Origin: Candidatus Thorarchaeota archaeon
GTDB taxonomy: Archaea > Asgardarchaeota > Thorarchaeia > Thorarchaeales > Thorarchaeaceae
Direction of reading: 5' to 3'
DNA: 32,000 bases
Assembly: GCA_008080745.1 (NCBI GenBank)
Contig: SHMX01000003.1
Coordinates: 360,001-392,000 of the forward strand
Each line of letters opens with the position of its first letter. The first letter of the stretch is position 1. The notes under the pieces are model-generated. The model saw nothing but the letters and a program-made list of their open reading frames with translations. It did no database searches and was not told the origin of the DNA. The position numbers and the translations under genes are program-made. Below, piece after piece: positions 27,737 to 32,000 of this stretch.

Positions 27737-30700
27737 ATGAAGAGAGCATTCCTGTCAATAATGGCAATCGTTCTGTTGACTGTGACAATTGCATCACCGC
27801 AATTTGCCACCCATCAGAATAATCTAGAAACAGCTAGTAATCCACTACTAAAACAAGAAACGGTGTTATCATCTGTAGTAGAAAGTGGAGATGAAATTTC
27901 ATCTATACAACATATGATACGGGAAATACCAAATCAGCAGACTACAATTCTAAATTCGTACGTAAATCCAAATACGCATAATTTAGTATTAGATTTCTCA
28001 CAGTATCATGTTCCAGGTTGGTCCCTATACAAAGCAGATATGGATATTGAAAATATAACTGCAGGATTAGAATTCGAAGTATTAGGTGTTTCAAAAGACG
28101 ATAGCACATCTTTTAGCATAAATAATGACACGGGAGATCCCTACGATATTTTGTCACAAGGTTTCTATAATCAACCTCATAACGGACTGTTGCAGAACTA
28201 TTCTTTCTATTATCAGGATGTTGGTTATAACCCGGATTTTCAAAATTATGCATTCTCAGTAATAAGGTCAGATAGATCCAACCCTAGTACAAACATGACC
28301 AGTCCTGTTGCTTTATCTACTACAAGTCTCGCTTTTGTTTGGCGAACAATAACTGAACAAACAAACTTGTCAGCATATACAACCTATTATACCCTCATTG
28401 ACGGAGAGGCATTAGTTGAATATACTGGTAACTATCCTGATTTTCATTGGGTCTGCGAGAGCGGAGCAGGTGATTTTAATACTGAACGTCATTATTCCTT
28501 CGGAGACCAGTGGACAATATTCAATCGAGAAGCTCTATTGAATTACACATATACACCATGGAATGTTTCGACAAATTCAGCTCTAATATTTCAGAATCCT
28601 GAAGAAATACTGTTGCAAGCAAATAGCAGTGACTTATCAGGAAGCATGTGGTCATGGACAACCTCTACTGACAATCTTGAACAGATTACATTTAGTTCCA
28701 ATCAGTCGGTCAATATATTCAACAACCTAACTCTGTACTACAAACAAACCGTGACAAGTACAACACAATGGTCAATAGAAACAACTGGCGATCCAGTTAC
28801 TTGGAATGTTACAACTGCATTATCATATCCAGAAGTTACAGGTATTACGGAGAAGAATTTGAATATAAGTATCCAATCGGATTGGGACACATCGGGACTA
28901 TATAATATTACTACACCGTCCACCAATCATAGCACATATGAAAGGTATCTGGATATTGTTGTCTGTAGCAGTCTTACAAACGGTACTTGGACTTTAGTTT
29001 CAACAGGATTCAACTATATGACCGATTTAGCAGCCTATCAACAGAGTGACCATTTGAACCCTGTATCAGTTTCTGTCATTACGGACACGCTTGATATCAT
29101 ATCTCAAATTGAAGATGAGGGAGGTACTAATGCAACTACAGGAAGTACTAACCTAACTATATGGTACGAAGGATCAGTAATCTGGGCACCTACTAATGAA
29201 TCAGTTATCGATGGCTCGACAGAATACACCTGGGATATTTCCACAATTACATCAGGTAACGGAGAATATACCATAGAAGAATACTGGACTAACGGTACTG
29301 AAGCAGGATACAGAGCGTATAGCATTGTGGTGTATTTCCCAACAGATCTGACTCCAAGCTCATCCACTATTTTCGCGTATGCTGAAAATTCGTTTACATT
29401 TAGTGTCCAATTTGATGATACATTCACTCCAAAAGGGTTGAATGACTCAGTTGCATCCGTTGAGTATTCATTTGATGGAGGAGTATATACTGCAATGACC
29501 CATGATGCTGGGGGAAACTGGTCAGCCACTGTTTCAACAATTGGAAAGACAGAGGGAAGCTATAATCTTATAGTAAATGCAACTGGTTTTGCACTAGAAA
29601 ACCAAAGTATCACGATATCCGTCGAACTAGTATATGAAACACTTGCTCTTGAATGTACATGGTCACTTCCAAACGAGGATAATATATCATACTTGGAGAA
29701 CACTGAACTCACTGTTAGATATCAGACCACGGGATACAACATATCCGACGCAATTGTCAATGTCACTATTGATGTATACACTTGGGACCTGACATTCGAT
29801 GCTACAACAGAAACTTACAAAGTCCAGGTTAATGGTACAGATTTCCAAGATGGTCTGGGCACATTCCCCGTTACAATTGAGGCATGGAGTCCTGGACACG
29901 CACCCCAAACGAATACAAGTCTCGAACTTACCATCATGGCTGAAGCAACCTCAATGACCGATATCTGGACGGGTCTATCGATTGATTATCTGGGACAGGT
30001 TGATGTCACAATTGATTATACCATTGTTTCGACAGCATCAGAGGTTCCTATGGGAGAAGTAGTAGGCAATATTACCATAGATGGAACTACAGTAATTTCG
30101 CTCACACAATCAGGTACTCAGTGGATTGCCAACCTCACAGGGGCCACGATTGATCTTGGAACACACACAGCTGTGATTCATATTTGGGCTTATGGATACC
30201 AATACAGAACAGCTAGTGAAACTCTTGATGTCAGTAATGTCACAACATCCATAGATGTATCTTGGACACCATTGAATCTAACCAGACAATATTCTGGTTA
30301 TTATGATGTAGTTGTTGATTACACCTATTATGGAGGAGATGTTCCTGGTTCAGCACTTGTCAATGTTACAATCAATGGACAGACTTTCGGACTCTCATAT
30401 TCCACAGGGGCATGGAGAGTATCGATTGCTGCATCAAATCTTGATATTGGAGAGTATTCAGCCTCAATCAGTGCTTGGCTCTATGGATACGCACACCAGA
30501 CAAATACTACTTCAACTCTAAATATCACACTTGCAAATACAACAATAGTCACAAATTGGTCCAACTATGATCTGTACTTTACTCATTCCGTAGACCTTAA
30601 CATTACATTACTTGATATCTATGCACAGCCAATTACTACAGCTCTTGTTAATGCATCTTATGAAGGAACGAATTATACGCTAAGTTATTTGGGAGGAGGA

Positions 30701-32000
30701 ACACACCGACTTGTCTTCAATGGATCAGACGGCCTCGGAACCTATCCAATCCAAATTTACACTTGGAATTATGGATTCTATAATGAAACAACATCAATTA
30801 CTCTGAACATAGTGCAAACACCCACAAGTATCGATGCATCTACAAAAATACAAGGTTATAGTGAGAGTATTTTATATCATGATGGAAAGGTGACCTACTC
30901 AGTTCTGTTTGAAGATATCGATAGCAATCGGATTGATTCAGCCCTAGTGAACTTTACTATAGATGGGATAATTTACAATATGACAGCTCTCGGAAATGGT
31001 AATTACACCATATCCTTTGATGGAGAGGACCTGGGTGTAGGCTCATTCGCTGTTGAACTACACGCATGGAAATACGGATATGCTCCCCAAACCTTGACGC
31101 CAACAATAGTGGTCAATCCAAACCCCACCTATATAGAAATTATCGAAGATACAGAAACGACTATCTTTCTTAATGACACCAGAACAGTAAGAGTACGATA
31201 CATAGACAATCACACTGGAATGATTCTCTCGATTGATACAGAATACATCTCTTGGCCCGGAACTATATCATATAACAATCCTTCAGCAGGAGAGTATGAG
31301 ATTGAGTTCTCAACATTTTACACCCTAGGTAATCATATTCTCAATGTCACATTGGTAAAGGAAAACTACACAATAGGTCAAAAAATATGGGAGATAACCA
31401 TACGCCCAGTCAATACAATATTCATACCTATTGGTGAGTATACCGAATATGAGAATGAAAGTATTACCTTTAGTGCTAATTATACCGATATAGATCATCA
31501 TGAGTTCATCTATTGGGGAAATGTGAGCATTACAATTGATGGTGTAACATATCAGTTAGAATACACCACAAGTGGAATATATAGTCGTACAATACCTCTC
31601 ACTATTGAAGATGGGGATTATACAATCACCTTTGAGGCGATAGCTGACGGATGTGCGACAAATACCACTTATGTTCTTCTTAACCTCCTTACTAAGACGG
31701 ATGTGCAATTAGTTTTAGAAGTACCAAACACAGCTACGGAGGGGAATACTATTGGAATACAAGCTATACTTACTGATGCCGTAGATAATCCAATAACCTT
31801 TGCAACAGTGACCTTTTCCGTGGATGTTCGATTCGAAAATGGTACAGTTAGACAATTTACCTATTCAGACACGACTAATGCAAATGGTGAAGCTAATTGG
31901 GCATACGTAGTACCAGACGGAGGGGAGAATAGAGTGAACTCCCTTACAGTCAATGCGTATTATGATCCCACGGTTGATAACGTAAAGAGCAATTGGGATG
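27737..32000 (+). CDS. Second giant surface protein, tandem paralog of 18406..27528; 3' end truncated by the window
   Basis: Not in the ORF track because it has no stop. Hand-translated with no stop over 1421 codons: MKRAFLSIMAIVLLTVTIAS...YHVPGWSLYKADMDIENITAGLEFEVLGVSKDD...WTNGTEAGY..., closely matching the first gene. GAGGG RBS at 27726-27730. Confidence 0.92.
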   Translation, partial: MKRAFLSIMAIVLLTVTIASPQFATHQNNLETASNPLLKQETVLSSVVESGDEISSIQHMIREIPNQQTTILNSYVNPNTHNLVLDFSQYHVPGWSLYKADMDIENITAGLEFEVLGVSKDDSTSFSINNDTGDPYDILSQGFYNQPHNGLLQNYSFYYQDVGYNPDFQNYAFSVIRSDRSNPSTNMTSPVALSTTSLAFVWRTITEQTNLSAYTTYYTLIDGEALVEYTGNYPDFHWVCESGAGDFNTERHYSFGDQWTIFNREALLNYTYTPWNVSTNSALIFQNPEEILLQANSSDLSGSMWSWTTSTDNLEQITFSSNQSVNIFNNLTLYYKQTVTSTTQWSIETTGDPVTWNVTTALSYPEVTGITEKNLNISIQSDWDTSGLYNITTPSTNHSTYERYLDIVVCSSLTNGTWTLVSTGFNYMTDLAAYQQSDHLNPVSVSVITDTLDIISQIEDEGGTNATTGSTNLTIWYEGSVIWAPTNESVIDGSTEYTWDISTITSGNGEYTIEEYWTNGTEAGYRAYSIVVYFPTDLTPSSSTIFAYAENSFTFSVQFDDTFTPKGLNDSVASVEYSFDGGVYTAMTHDAGGNWSATVSTIGKTEGSYNLIVNATGFALENQSITISVELVYETLALECTWSLPNEDNISYLENTELTVRYQTTGYNISDAIVNVTIDVYTWDLTFDATTETYKVQVNGTDFQDGLGTFPVTIEAWSPGHAPQTNTSLELTIMAEATSMTDIWTGLSIDYLGQVDVTIDYTIVSTASEVPMGEVVGNITIDGTTVISLTQSGTQWIANLTGATIDLGTHTAVIHIWAYGYQYRTASETLDVSNVTTSIDVSWTPLNLTRQYSGYYDVVVDYTYYGGDVPGSALVNVTINGQTFGLSYSTGAWRVSIAASNLDIGEYSASISAWLYGYAHQTNTTSTLNITLANTTIVTNWSNYDLYFTHSVDLNITLLDIYAQPITTALVNASYEGTNYTLSYLGGGTHRLVFNGSDGLGTYPIQIYTWNYGFYNETTSITLNIVQTPTSIDASTKIQGYSESILYHDGKVTYSVLFEDIDSNRIDSALVNFTIDGIIYNMTALGNGNYTISFDGEDLGVGSFAVELHAWKYGYAPQTLTPTIVVNPNPTYIEIIEDTETTIFLNDTRTVRVRYIDNHTGMILSIDTEYISWPGTISYNNPSAGEYEIEFSTFYTLGNHILNVTLVKENYTIGQKIWEITIRPVNTIFIPIGEYTEYENESITFSANYTDIDHHEFIYWGNVSITIDGVTYQLEYTTSGIYSRTIPLTIEDGDYTITFEAIADGCATNTTYVLLNLLTKTDVQLVLEVPNTATEGNTIGIQAILTDAVDNPITFATVTFSVDVRFENGTVRQFTYSDTTNANGEANWAYVVPDGGENRVNSLTVNAYYDPTVDNVKSNWD

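Noticed and set aside
27553-27810. 85-aa minus-strand ORF between the giant genes
   Set aside because: It overlaps the start and promoter of the second giant gene on the opposite strand and has no motif.
909-30521. Numerous 60-140 aa ORFs antisense to or overlapping the long genes (e.g. 909..1115, 2442..2735, 7742..8014, 11623..11976, 29104..29529)
   Set aside because: They lie wholly within well-supported genes, lack RBS and motifs, and read as shadow frames.

Overview
This is archaeal DNA: GGAGG/GGTGA ribosome-binding sites, TATA-like boxes, a split porD-porA-porB operon and a DUF2070 gene. The gene styles suggest an Asgard archaeon, probably Thorarchaeota-like (inference, not a database result). 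In order, the window holds a PadR regulator with an ABC exporter (cut by the window start), a DUF2070 membrane hydrolase, ubiX, a 762-aa protein with eight tandem CxxC-x21-Cxx(G)H metal modules plus an adaptin/BBS-appendage-like tail, a small membrane protein, a SAMHD1-like HD protein that has lost its HD motif, a membrane-anchored M28 peptidase, a two-gene orphan operon, porDAB without gamma, a GAF histidine kinase interrupted by one in-frame TAG, a nitrilase-family hydrolase and a DUF2299-like protein. It ends with two tandem paralogous giant surface proteins. The first (3040 aa) has a 197-aa-period Ig-like stalk, one TM helix and a cytoplasmic longin-like plus two winged-helix tail. The second starts at 27737, runs off the window and is missing from the ORF track. 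No rRNA, tRNA, CRISPR array or mobile element was recognised. All domain calls are by eye from motifs.
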